The notes under the pieces were generated by a model. It saw only the letters and a program-made list of their open reading frames with translations, was not told the origin of the DNA and did no database searches. DNA of 59,640 bases, the filler included, from Sphacelaria rigidula (taxonomy: Eukaryota): assembly GCA_964200075.2 (NCBI GenBank). It is 6 parts of 6 records of this genome, joined end to end, with 100 filler letters (N's around TTAATTAATTAA, not from the genome) between each part and the next. Parts side by side here need not be neighbours in the genome. Positions count along the whole stretch, not along the records: positions 9,958 to 19,814 come from CAXNAA020007620.1; positions 19,915 to 29,771 come from CAXNAA020007621.1; 4 more parts are not named here. One strand, written 5' to 3'. The position numbers were made by a program, and so were the translations under genes. Shown piece after piece: positions 11,716 to 23,553 of the stretch (the first letter of the stretch is position 1; each line of letters opens with the position of its first letter).

Positions 11716-11895
11716 GCATCAAACGCGGCAGACCTGGTGCTGCGCAGAGCGACACGGCGAGCTGTGGTGCGGGCCCGAGATCTGCTGCGGCCGCCACCAC
11801 CACCATTCCCCTTTTTACCTCGGCTGCCCGCTATCCCCTTGCCCGTGCCGGAGTCGGTGGTGGATGCTGTGAGCCCTGGACTGACGGTGGAAGAG
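11716..11895 (+). CDS. Next exon of the same gene (ASNAADLVLRRATRR...PPPPFPFLPRLP...GLTVEE)
   Basis: TACAG acceptor, GAG|GTCGGA donor, phase 0/0. Confidence 0.72.
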
Positions 11896-12079
11896 GTCGG
11901 AGAGTTTTGTTTGTTTGTTTGTTCGCGCACTTTGCGTGTATTTCATGCTCTTCCGGCCCGACGTATCTGCTGGCCTGCAGCGTGTGAAAAACTCACCTAC
12001 TGTACCGTACGAGCAGTAGCTGTTGAAGAAGAAGAGTCAAGTCTAGTTGGATCAAAAATAAAAATACAAATCATATCAT

Positions 12080-14815
12080 AGTCTGCCCTTCCGTCATTTT
12101 CTTCCATACGGCCCTATCAACTATGGCTGGCAATCTCTTTCTTGGCATGTTCCTCACGCTATATCGCCATTTGGATTCCTCCATGTCTCTATTTTTTTCA
12201 CGTGAGTACATTCCCAATTCTGCTCTCAATGCTGCATCACTCGTTTTTTAACATACAAGTATTCTCTTAGCTGCTGTCATCTGTACTGTCTCCAACTTTT
12301 CCACCAACTTCGCGTTCCCTTCCCATACTTCCACTGCTTCTCTAGCTTTGGTACAATCACGTTCACCTGACTACACCTCCTAATCCTAGTACCTAGGTGC
12401 GAGTCTCTTGGGATCGCGTCCATCCTGCCTATCTGCGCCTTTCCTTTTCCTATTGCTTTATTCATGTGCGCATCCAAAGAACCGGTTCTTGAGATCTCTA
12501 CGCCAAGGTATGTATACTGGTCCACGATCGGCGATTCCTCTTCTCCCCACTTTCCATTTAAACTCTACAAATACCGGGCTTTCCTCATCTTCGTTACACA
12601 CAAGTACCGCGCATTTGTTCACGTTCGCCGCCACTCTCCATTTCCCATTTAGTGTATTCTAACGCCTTCTGTAGTTGTTTCTGCCATTCTCCCGGTGTTT
12701 CTGATATCCCCCACGAAATCATTCGCGGACATCAATGCCGATACCTCATCTTCCCCTACCTTGACTCTTTACTCTGTTGCCTTGGTTGCTACTACCATGT
12801 CATCGGTGAATACCGTGAGTATAGTGGATGAAGACGCACATCTTTGTCCACCTCCTTGCAAAATTATCAAGCTGTTTTGATATTTCATACCAGGTAGCAC
12901 ATATCGTACATTCTGTCAGATGTTTCAACATTCTTCACAACCTTCCTCTGATCCCAGTTCCCCACATATTTTCCACAGCCCATTTGTTCATCCTGTGGGT
13001 TGGGCCTCCTTTGCGCGTCTCCAAAGAAACAGTACGTTGTCAGCCCGGCGTCTTTCCTACCACCTTGAATAATCTTCCCTGATGTGTACACACATGGTCT
13101 ACGCAACTGCGGTTTGGTCTAGAAACCGGCTTGCCCCTCGCTGATTTTTTCGTCCTTCTCTCGCATCGCTTCCATCCCATCGTTTAGAACCTTACAGAAT
13201 GGTTTCCCTACGGTTCCCAGTAGCGTTATCCCTCCATAGTTCCCTGGGTCAGCCTTGTCTCCTTTCTTGAAAAGGTTTGCTACTACTCCTTCTCTCCACC
13301 TCTTGGGTGTGTACTCGTTTTTCCCATATCCAAATATACAGCATAACCATCATGGTGATCATTCCTCCTCGCCCGTACTTGAGGACGTCTTTCATTATTT
13401 TCGTTTGCCGCCCCTGCTACCTTTCGGTTCTTGAGGTTAGCTACACGCTCCTTTACTTCCCCTCTTTGAGCTCTCCCCGGAATGCGTTCAAACCACCATC
13501 TTCCCGTTCAAATGCCCCTACATTTGGCTCTGCCCATTCGTTGATTTCTCTCTCGGATTCCGCGGTCAACCTCTTATTGGTTTTTGGTACTCCTATTTTT
13601 CGGCAGTGCTCTGCTATCATTTCTCTCTTCCCCTTCGGACTATTCGTAGCCATTTTACCGGTCTGTGGCCTCAGTGGAAGTATCTCAAACTTGGCTCCCG
13701 GTTTTCCTGGTTGATTCGCTGGCACCGAGTTGTGTACTATTTTTTTCAAGTGAAAGTGACCGCGATTCATAGGAGGACCTGGCCTGGCGGTGAAAGGGTC
13801 TAATCATCTGATGAATCGCCATCACTTTGACTTCATAAAAAATAGAACCGAACGAACCAGGATACCTGGAGCCGAGTTTGAGATACCTCTAGTGTGGATG
13901 TTCTCTTGTCTGCCTGTCCTGCCTGCTTGCCCTAGAATCCCTTGTATCCTTACCCACATTTGCTTCGTCCATCCCGCCGTCAAAAACCTCTATTCTGTTT
14001 TGTTAACTACATCTTCCGATCTTCCCTTCCGTTCCTTTTTTACCATCTTCCGTTACCTCTGTCCTAGCTTCAGTATATTCCTCCCACCCTACCGTCGGTG
14101 AAATCGACGTATAAGTTGCGTGGGCCTCTTCACTCTTACAGCCTTTTTTTTATTTCATCATCTCATCATTTTACTGCTCTGTAGCATACGATCAGTTTCT
14201 TCCTCATGAGTTTAGTTGGTGCCGTCTCAATCAAGTGCTCCTGTCTTCTTTAACCTTCTCTCCTGCTCGATCCCTTTCTATTTCGATATGAGCTGTATGT
14301 GCGTCTTCCAACAACTCGGAATTTTTCACTGCATTTTTCGTTCATCTCTTCTTGGAACTCTTGCTGTGTTTTTCTCATTTCTAGTTTTTACCTAATCTCC
14401 ATTTGTATATCTTCCTACCCCACATAATTCTTTCAGCTCTCGTCTGTTGAGTTGTGTTCCCATTTTAGGCAGTAATCCGTAGTTCCTACGCCCGCTGCGC
14501 ATTCATGTTCCTCCATTTCCTTACTGTTTCCATTTTTCACCACTATATAGTCAAGGGTGGGTATTTATCTCTTTTCGTTGCATTCTTTAGCCCATGTCCG
14601 GTGCGGTTTCTGGTTTTTGTGCTCTGTTGTTTATCGTCTTCATCTCGTTACTATCGAGGAATTTGGACACCACTACCCTATTCGCGCTCTTCTTCGTATA
14701 GCCGCCGATACGAAGCATTATCATTGGGTTGGCCTGCTCTTCTGACCCTTGCATTAACATCTCCCATTGCCATTACTACTCCTTGCCTTATACACATCTG
14801 TACATGTGCTGCTAA
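12080..14815 (-). mobile_element. 5'-truncated, decayed LINE (APE endonuclease + reverse transcriptase), antisense within an intron
   Basis: Minus-strand motifs in the expected order: GDVNARV and LDYIVV (APE), FKKGDKADPGNYGGITLL, EGQAGF..NRSCVDH, LMSANDFVG (decayed ADD), DQYTYLGV; stops and frameshifts. Confidence 0.9.
13669..13897. mobile_element. ~230 bp foldback MITE nested in the LINE
   Basis: GTATCTCAAACTTGGCTCC..CCTGGTT vs AACCAGG..GGAGCCGAGTTTGAGATAC; the interior is also self-complementary. Confidence 0.8.
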
Positions 14816-15027
14816 GTAGCAGCAGCAGTATTAGCAGTAGTGCGTTTGGGAGTAGAGGAATGTCGAGAGTAGAGGAATGTCGAGAGTAGAGGTGAGGATG
14901 TGCAAAACTACGCAGCAGCTTGATGCTTCAGAACAGTGACGATGATGCGTGTCCTCCCTCCTTGTGCTATTCGTGATGCTTTGCGGCGAAAATCTGGGAT
15001 GAAACGAAACGAATTCGACAAGTACAG

Positions 15028-15154
15028 GACATTTTCCTGAGTAGCCTGGAGGACTTAGCCTACGCCCTGGCAGGGGTAGATGAGGGCATGGTACAGGAAG
15101 ATCCGCTGGGCGCTCTGAGGCAGCTACTGCGGCCTGGTAATGACGGGGCAGAAG
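15028..15154 (+). CDS. Third visible exon of the same gene (DIFLSSLEDLAYALAGVDEGMVQEDPLGALRQLLRPGNDGAE)
   Basis: TACAG acceptor in phase 0, AAG|GTGCGT donor; frame continues from 11895. Confidence 0.7.
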
Positions 15155-15463
15155 GTGCGTGTCATGATCCAGTGTGTCTGTCTGTGTCTGTTGTCTGCGC
15201 ATGTGCGTGCGCGCGTGTGTTTTGTGCGTTTTTATTTTTACTTTTCAATATTCCCCGTCAGTCTCTCTAAAGTGACGACGACTCGGGGTCCCAAACGCTG
15301 CAAACGTAATGCCATGGTCCCTGTGTTGTATCTTGTATCGCCATAATCCTCTGTATCGCCATGGGGTGGGTACAACGACGACGGAGGGCGTTACAAAATG
15401 CCAAGTGTTTATTGGAATAGCTGACGGCGTGGTATTCGGTGTGCTCTTTTTCAGATAAGGTTC

Positions 15464-15616
15464 CATACCCTGGATAACGACAGTAGCTTGCAGTGTCAAA
15501 AATTGTACTGCGTATAGTGTGGAAACTATTGTCTACTCGCAATAGACGCAAATAGTCAATGCTGTACGCAGTACACTTTTTGACAATGTAATCTATTCGT
15601 CATTGTCCAGGGTGTG
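15464..15616. mobile_element. hAT-type MITE family A
   Basis: CAYACCCTGGA...TCCAGGGTGTG termini with internal GTACTGCGTA/TACGCAGTAC inverted block; copies at 34668, 37623, ~50043. Confidence 0.8.
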
Positions 15617-15989
15617 TGGAATGTTCACCGCCATACGTATGAATTACACGTTTCCCAATGGGTTAAATTAACACATGAAAGTGAATGACTGCGAAACCGT
15701 TTTAAAATTTTGAAATCATGCAGCGTTTTTGTTGACGAACGTGCGAACGTTATGTTCATGTGTGTGCGTGTATGTTTCTTTTTCTTAGTGCAAGCGTCGT
15801 CGATGGTGTGGTCGGAATGCGGATAAATAAACAGGCTGGCCCGCCTTATTACACGGTTCGGACAAATCTGAGTTCGTAGGGGTTGACTCCCCATGAACGT
15901 TGAATGCGGGTCATGTACCAAATAGTCATCCGGTATGAATCACGGATGATGAAGCTGTATGCTCAAGGTCATACCACGCGAATCACGGA

Positions 15990-17290
15990 CTGGGAATGTG
16001 TATGCTCCAAGTATTATCAGACGAATCAAGAGCGGGAAAATATGCACGACTCCCACCTCCTGTATGAATCTTCGGTGAGGAAACGTGTACACTTGATTCA
16101 TGTCGTATGAATCCAAGGTGGGGAACATGTGCGTATGATTGGTGCTGCGTGAAGGGAGATCGGGAAACATGTACGCTTGATTCACCTTGTATGAATGGGA
16201 GGTGGGGAACATGTACGGATGACTCATGCTGCATGAACGGAAACTGGGAAATATGTACGCGTGGTTCACCTCGCATGAATGGCAGGTGCAGAACGCGTGC
16301 CCATGGTTCATGCTGCATGGATGAGAGGGGAAATACATGTATGCTTGATTCATCTCGTATGAATGTAATGTAGGAAACATGTACCTGTGATTCACGCTCA
16401 TGAACGCAAGGTAGAAAACATGTACTTGAACCACGTGGCGATTCATGCCGTGTGAAACATGAGAATATAAACAGCTAGAGGAATTACTCTAGGCGCGCAG
16501 ATGCGTGCTGAGTCATGCTGTACCGTACTGTCTGCGGACTGGAGAGTATGCTGCCGCAGGTTTCTCAAAAACTCCCTCGAGCATGCGAGGAAATCTCGTG
16601 CTAGTGCTGTGTTCTTCGCAAGTGTTCGTGGTGTTCTATATAGTATATTCGGGTCAACTGTGCCACAGAACACAATATGAAACCCCAGAGACTGTCAATA
16701 GCATAGCTCGGGGGGGGGGGGAAGGGGTAACCGGCTAGGAACACTGTTCTGGGCACGCGGACGCGTGTGTTGTATTATGGTTGATATGTTGAGTGTGAGG
16801 ACAAAATCTGAAACTGCGCTTATTGCAGATTTAGCTCTTGAGGGATTCGCGACCTGTACGCTCTTATTTGCCTACCCCACCTGCAAAAGGGCCGCGTCAC
16901 CGAAGAGTCGCGCCCCATGAAATGACAGGTGGAGAACATGTACGCATGATTCGCGCTGTATACATCAAGAGTGGGAAACAGATACGCTTGATCCATCTTG
17001 TATGAATCGAAGGTAGGGAACACGTACGTATGATTCATGCCGGATGGACGGAAGTGGGGAAATATGGACGCTTGATTCACTTCGTGTGAGTGGGAGGTGG
17101 GGGGACATGTACATATGATTCATGCTGCATGAAGAGAAATGGGGAATTACGTACGCTTGACTCACCTTGTATGAATGAAGGGTGGGGGACGTGTGCCCAT
17201 CATTCATGCTGAGTGAGTGGAAGGTAGAAACTTGTACCTGTTGTTCACGCCATACGAATTGACGGTAGGAAACGTGTAGCTTTGACGGTG
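15990..17290. repeat. Degenerate 42-bp tandem array in two blocks (~15990-16460 and ~16915-17290)
   Basis: Units such as GTACGCTTGATTCACCTTGTATGAATGGGAGGTGGGGAACAT alternate with GTACGGATGACTCATGCTGCATGAACGGAAACTGGGAAATAT. Confidence 0.85.
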
Positions 17291-17465
17291 TACCGCACGA
17301 ATCACGAACCCACAACATGTACAAATCACAACTGATGTACGAGTCGTATGATTGATTCGTCCAACTGTTGAATATTGGTCGAATCACGATTGTATTCGTC
17401 CGAGGCGTGCTCTTGTACCCTTGGCTTTATAGGGGGCAGTTTTCTTGTTTGTGTATGCCATACTC

Positions 17466-17467
<2 letters not shown>

Positions 17468-17550
<83 letters not shown>
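17468..17550. repeat. Compound microsatellite (GT)n(GA)n
   Basis: Directly visible. Confidence 0.97.
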
Positions 17551-17556
<6 letters not shown>

Positions 17557-18974
17557 AGAGAGTTCGCTGTCTGACTCGAGCTTTTCTATGTTTACACTGC
17601 CATTGTTTACTGCGCTACAAAAATCAGAGGTATTTTTCATCATCCAGAATACTGAACAAGCAGCCGACGAGCCTTCAGTTCGTCGGGTTTTTCGATTTTC
17701 GCAAGTTGTATCATACGTATCATCGCGTCGTGGGTCATGCATGCTAACACATTTACTCGTGTATTTCTCTTTGGAGCGGGGAGGGGGGGGGGCTCTACCA
17801 CGTTGGCTTAGTTTGCATTTCTAATCCCGTGTCACTAAATGAGTGCATACCAACGTACTGAAGGTGTGTCCCTCTACTGAATAGTTCTATCTCCAATTTC
17901 GTTTTTTCTGCTTGAAAAATTGTGGTGGGCCGATGCAATGATTTCTGGGTTGTTTACAGTATACACATTCGCCGAAGATCCCCACAGAAACCGTGTTTGC
18001 TTAGTTGTTGTATGAGCGTGTGTCATATCTTACTGTGCACTTGCTGCTCCGGGTTTCGTACCAGTACACATAGCTGTCGGTGGCGCGTGAATATTAGGAT
18101 TTCCCCTCTCTCTTTTCGTGTCTCATTCCTCTGCTCCTATCTTTTCGCCTTCGCTCTCCACGGCTACTGCGTCCCGGTGTGCAGTTTAGCCTTTTGCGGC
18201 GGGCTGACGCTGACGCTAATGGTTATTGGGTGTATCGCTAATGGGCACTCATTCCACCCTGTCCTCGTCGTTTGCGTTGTAACGCTTTTGCGCGCGTTGT
18301 GTGTATACGCGCGTGATTTGTTTTTTTGCGAAAATTCACTGCTCAAGAGCTGTCGGAGTTCGTTCGATCGCTCCCGGGGGACTCGCAAAAGGCGTCGGCT
18401 CTTTTTGAGGTGAAACAACAACTGTGCAGAAAGTAGGAGGCACACAACACAACATCTCGCGTCTCATAGTCTGTTTTTCAGTTTGATTTTGTGTTTTTCA
18501 TGACAACATCAGCGGCGAATTAGGGACGAACGAGTCACGCAGTCTGCTGGGATCTATTTTTGTGCATACTATGTTAACCGGTTAGACAAGCAGGAATAAT
18601 GTGGACGTGGAACGATCGCGAGTTTTGTATACGTGTGCTCACGAGCTTGGCCTAATGCGGGCGTTAGATCACCCGATCCCGTTATGTATAGCGTGTAATG
18701 CCAGAATAGAAGGGAAGGTAGTATCATACGAAATAAAAAACGGGAGTTCGACGGGAGTGCTTCGATCGGTGCACATTTTCACACACTCTTTTTTCAGGCG
18801 CTTTGGCGGGTAAATCCGTTGTCCGTCCAGCGATGGTATTAATGCATACGTGAGTTGTGTGTATGTCAGTATCCAGAAGCACTCGATTAGACTTCTGCAA
18901 ACCTGCTGGAGCGAACCTGTCGAAACTAATGGCGTCGTGCGGTATGTGGCCATCCCCTCCCTCCCCACAGTATG

Positions 18975-19079
18975 GGTAGGGTTAGGGGTTTTAGGTGCAG
19001 CTTGGGCTTGGGGCTTGGGGGTTAGGGTTAGGGGCAGAGGGTCAGGGTTAGGGGTTGAGGGTTAGTAACCCTAACTAAC
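18975..19079 (+). repeat. Degenerate interstitial telomere-like (TTAGGG)n tract
   Basis: Several exact GGGTTAGGG units among degenerate ones, ending in the inverted junction AGGGTTAG/TAACCCT. Confidence 0.7.
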
Positions 19080-19914
19080 GGCATCTCTTTCGGTTTAGCG
19101 CTGCGAATTGCGATGACGCTGCTTTCTCTGCAGTGGATAGTACAACATCTACTACCACGAACAGCAACGTAAAAAAGAATGTCCAACTTGGATGCCGAAC
19201 GATACGAACCAAGCCGCAGCCCCCATTTTCGGGGAATAGATCCCGCGCAGAATAGCAACCCGGGTAGTGTACAGTCATTTCTTTTAACGAGCATTGTAGC
19301 GGATGGGAATGGATCGGAATGCAGCAACTTTCGAGACCGACCTGGAGGTAGTGGAAGTCCCTCGACTGAAATACCGCGCTGAAGGGAGACCCCCCAAAAC
19401 CCCCGCACCTATCCCTTGGGGATGAAAGGACGGAAACTTATCGTGGCCCCGCTTGTGCCGCTTCTAGTCTCCTGTTGCCCCTTGCTCCTCCACACAATCG
19501 TAAGTTTCCACCTCGGTGTATACCGTTATACATCCCGAATGTGCGCCTGGTGGTTTATTCGACGACCAGGTTGGCTCCGAGGTGGCGAGGAACGTGGCTG
19601 CGAAGGGTATGGGGCGCGTTAACTCTCTTCTATCCGGTGGCGGTCCACCCGGCGATGGGGGCAACGGGGGGGATGTTGGCCGAGCAAAATCCACACGCGA
19701 CGGAAGCACTGTGTATAGTACTAGCGATGGACGATGACGTTTCCAACACGATTTACCGAGGAGCGCCTCAGTGAACGCCCGCGCGCGGGGGGGGGGGGGG
19801 GGGGGGGGGGGGTGNNNNNNNNNNNNNNNNNNNNNNNNNNNNNNNNNNNNNNNNNNNNTTAATTAATTAANNNNNNNNNNNNNNNNNNNNNNNNNNNNNN
19901 NNNNNNNNNNNNNN

Positions 19915-20356
19915 GATCGCTGGTCCAAGGGGTATCTACGCAACTTTTGCGCCATTCCACGTGTCTGGGCTGCGTGTACCTGAGTTGCACACGTCGGACA
20001 GATCATGATTCGTCTGAAAATTACTTCTTCTCAGTATACTAATCCGGACAGATCATGATCCGTATCATCTGACCCTACTTTCCCATGTTTGCTCTTTACG
20101 GTGCCGGACGCTGAGCACGCCGAGTGGTGCAAAGGTTGCGCTTTGGCTTTACTGACTCCGCTGTCACATATTCTGTGTTTTTGGACCAAGGGACTCGAGA
20201 GTCTTCTTTTATTAGTTGTTTCAGGCAGATCATGATCTGTCCGACGTATGCTGGGTTGCACGCTGAAATAAAGCGTAGGGATTGATTCGTCACGAGTCGA
20301 ATCATAATACTAAAACCAAGTCATTTCCAGACGAATGATTATTTGTCCGACCCTTG
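19915..20356 (-). mobile_element. hAT-like non-autonomous family C, terminal part (truncated by contig start)
   Basis: Terminus CAAGGGTCGGACAAAT and body TTGCAACCCAGGTACRCGCAGCCCAGACACGTGGAATGGCGCAAAAGTTG shared with 32511, 54260, 59435. Confidence 0.8.
19988..20250. mobile_element. 263-bp hAT-type MITE nested in family C
   Basis: TIR CAYACGTCGGACAGATCATGAT (perfect 19-bp core); 8-bp flanking duplication CTGAGTTG/CTGGGTTG. Confidence 0.85.
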
Positions 20357-20676
20357 AAATCTTTGTATCCACATCAAATCTTCGAAATATGGTTCCATTC
20401 CTTCACCTACAGGTATCTATTGACAACTGCAACACGCCCTACAAATTTGGATTTCGATAAACTAAATCTTGAGGTCCTAGATGAAGAAACAACATTGGGG
20501 AATTTAGGTGATCCGATCGTATCGCCGAAGTTCCCCCAAATTGGTTTTCATCTAGGACCCCAACAGCTCGGGTATGGAAATCCAAAGTTGTATGACGTTC
20601 AGTAGTCGTCAATAGCTACCACTAGGTGAAGGAATAGAACCATAGTTCGAAGATTTGGAATGGATACGAGAATTCC
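20357..20676. mobile_element. ~320 bp foldback MITE
   Basis: CAAATCTTCGAA.TATGGTTC.ATTCCTTCACCTA vs TAGGTGAAGGAATAGAACCATAGTTCGAAGATTTG; pairing continues inward. Confidence 0.8.
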
Positions 20677-21510
20677 ATCTTCCGCGTTCTCATCCTCAAT
20701 GAAAATCTCCATCCTCAGTTTTGATGATCGGCTGTTAGTAGTACCATATGTCATGTACAACATGCAAAGAACGACGCTTCGGAGAGGTATGGGAGAAAAG
20801 CGTCAAACCTCACATGCTTGTTCCGCATAACAGAGAACTCGAATCTCCTCACCGACAGTTGATCGCGTTGATGTCCACCCCCCATTTGAGAATAGCACGC
20901 ACGAGCGACACCGTGCTTGTCCCGCCGGCGACCGCTGAGAGCAGAGAATTCCCCTCTGGATCTCTCCCGTTTTGCGAGTCAAAAATCACCCCGCCAAGGC
21001 CTTGTCCATAGTACAAGGCGTCCACCCGAGCAGCGTTCCCTGAAAATGAGGCATGAAATGCGGCGCTCCGTTTCAGACGTGACTACTGCTAGACTCGTTT
21101 GCGTCGTGCAAAGATAAATCTTTTAAAATTGATGCGAGGAATGCGCCGCTGCTTTTGCGCGTACTTATGGGCTTTGATCGTAGAGCTAATGCAAAAGGTC
21201 ACGAGCTGCTGGTTTTGCGTTCAGAGAAACCGCAAACAGAGGATAAAATCTACTAGCAAAACAATCCAGTTACTGCCACTTGCAATGCGTGAATGCTGCG
21301 GTCTTCGAGATGAGGGATAGCAGATGTCCTTCTCCTTTGTTTTTTCATCGTGTTATTTTATTTTATTTTATTTTATTTTGTTTGCTCTTTACTTTCCTAT
21401 TCTCTTCTTTTTTTTGTTCAAGGTCTGCAATTTATTTCTGTGCTTTGCTTTTGTTGACGTTTTTTTTTCATATGTTTTTCTTCCTTTTTACATCTTAGTC
21501 TACTATTTCG

Positions 21511-21588
21511 GGCTGGTGCGCCCACATATACCGCAAGGTGTAGACCGGCGTCCAGAATAGATGGGACGATAATACAACAACACACACA
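21511..21588 (+). mobile_element. SINE family B 3' fragment
   Basis: GGCTGGTGCGCCCACATATACCG..GGTGTAGAC.GGCGTCCAGAATAGATGGGACGA plus CA-rich tail. Confidence 0.8.
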
Positions 21589-22024
21589 TGTCGTTCTGTT
21601 CGACTTCTTTTTTCCTTTCTGTTCATTTTTTTCTTCAGCGACTTTTTCAGTTTTGTTCTTCTTGGGTACGGTTATCATGGGAGCACGGCTGGGTCCCTGC
21701 GGGGTCAAATCAAGTGCGACAATCAATCAAAAACCAATCAATCAAGATGTGCTGTTCCCCAAATATCGGTCCCTACCGCAATGTGACCGGCCGGCCCTTC
21801 GCGAAAAGAGGTACCCCAACAAAAAAATGCTTTCCCGCCCAATTTTGTTTTATAGCCATTGCCGCCTCAGACCGATGGATTGAGTGTGGTATCTCTACAC
21901 ACGTACTTGGTCAAGGTGGAGAGTGTGGGAGGTTGACGATTCACATCTCGACAGACACGGTTGTTGCTGAGCAGAACGTGCTTTACGTCGGAGACGTGAG
22001 GGCGTGAATAGCAAAGAAATATTC

Positions 22025-22160
22025 GGACAGTCGACGCGGTACGGGAGTTCTGGTCATGATCAACTCCGCGATACCAAAATGTCAAGCATGTTACCGGGTG
22101 AGAGATCGGTTGAGCCTTTGAGACTACGGATCCGTCCGGGAAAGGGGAGATATGAAAAGC
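22025..22160 (+). mobile_element. SINE family J 3' portion
   Basis: Reverse complement of the 7632-7760 and 36010-36145 bodies. Confidence 0.7.
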
Positions 22161-23455
22161 GTAACGCGGGGGGGGGAGGCGGTTGCCGACCGAGACCTCT
22201 CCTTCGATCTCACTGAAATCACCGCATCATTGGATGTTTAACACCATCATTTTATCGGTGTCTTCTATACCTTCTAGGAGGTCCAATCGATCTAAAATAG
22301 TCATACATAGCCTCCAAGCACCGTTTGAGGAATAGTGTGATGGGCAGTCTTTCGTAGTAGTCGTGAAACTGACAGCAACAGCGAGTATCTTGTCAACTAA
22401 CTCTCCGAACACTTGCCTTCCCGTGCTGCCCTCCATATGTCGAGGCTGACCGCTTTTCTGGTCTTCGCTGCCTTGCGTCGACCCAAGAACCCTCGGCACA
22501 CTCGTTGCAGATGCAGAGCGGCGCGAGTACATAGTCCACGACGCCGTCGTTTCCGAAATCCTCGTACTCTTCTCCTGGCCTGCGCATTGCGTTTGAGCCA
22601 ACAGGGTTGGTTGCTTATCGGTGATATCACTTGTCCGAAGGCTGGCGAGCTTCAGATACTACACCAAGCGAAATAATTTTTGCCAAACAAGCACAAAACA
22701 CGTTTTTGGAACCTCGAAATCGCTGCGTTGGCTGGCGCACCTCGTCTTTGAAGGTTACCGGACAAAACCATCGAGTGTTGCATCGGCGGAGCAAGGGCAA
22801 GAGTGTGCGTGTTGGCGCTCAGGTGCACAACGTAATGAACGGAATATGAGTAAGCATACTCAGATTCTCAGTAGGAGTATTCATGTTCGAAATACACTTC
22901 ACGTCATCGAGGTTGTCTCTTCAACACTGAGCCATTCCATCAGCTCTGACTGAGTGGCTCGGTGGTATGTATAGCATCTCAGTAGAAGCTAACCTCGGGG
23001 GTACGATTTTCCCCACGATCCCTTTTTGTCCAGTCCTTTTCCCAGGAAAAGAAGGATACCAAGGCACCCACTGAATCAAAGCGACAGTAAACATATCTCA
23101 CTCTCGGTGAGAAGAGAAGCACCAAGAAATAAAAAAAGCATGTTCGGGCAAGTGCAGAGCTGATTACAAGGGCATCAACCCTGGGGTGAACTCCTGGATC
23201 CGACGGGTTGTAAATAGCGGGTAGGACCCCGAGATCGGCTGTCATTGAGACGTCACAGATACCACTGAGCCGACTCAGTCGGCTAGTGGTGTCCGTGAGA
23301 CCTCAATACACATCACTTGTGAGATTCTGGACATTTTGTAGGTTGTAAACTCAAGCGTTTACTGTGAAAATGCTGAAACGATCATGCCTACGCATACACG
23401 ATCCTCAACGTATCCGCAATAATTTGAGTTCATCTTTCCCCTATGCAATGTTTAA

Positions 23456-23553
23456 CCCTTAGACCGCGAGATTAAGTCATCTGCTGAATCGACATAAACT
23501 TTTGTTGAAAACAATCCGGATGATCCAGGTGGACGGCCCTCGCGGTCTGAGAG
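23456..23553. mobile_element. ~100 bp piggyBac-type MITE
   Basis: TTAA|CCCTTAGACCGCGAG...CTCGCGGTCTGAGAG|TTGA; second copy 39576-39677; right end GGG|TTAA at ~52911-52931. Confidence 0.7.

Noticed and set aside
15990..17290. CRISPR-like array
   Set aside because: Whole units are mutually homologous and degenerate, with no identical repeats separated by unique spacers; no cas genes; eukaryotic context
17326..17824. ORFs with CV/ER/HT/SL dipeptide runs
   Set aside because: Translations of the (GT)n(GA)n microsatellite
22160..22900. Possible coding or transposase remnant on the minus strand
   Set aside because: Coding-like feel but no identifiable motif or consistent splice sites
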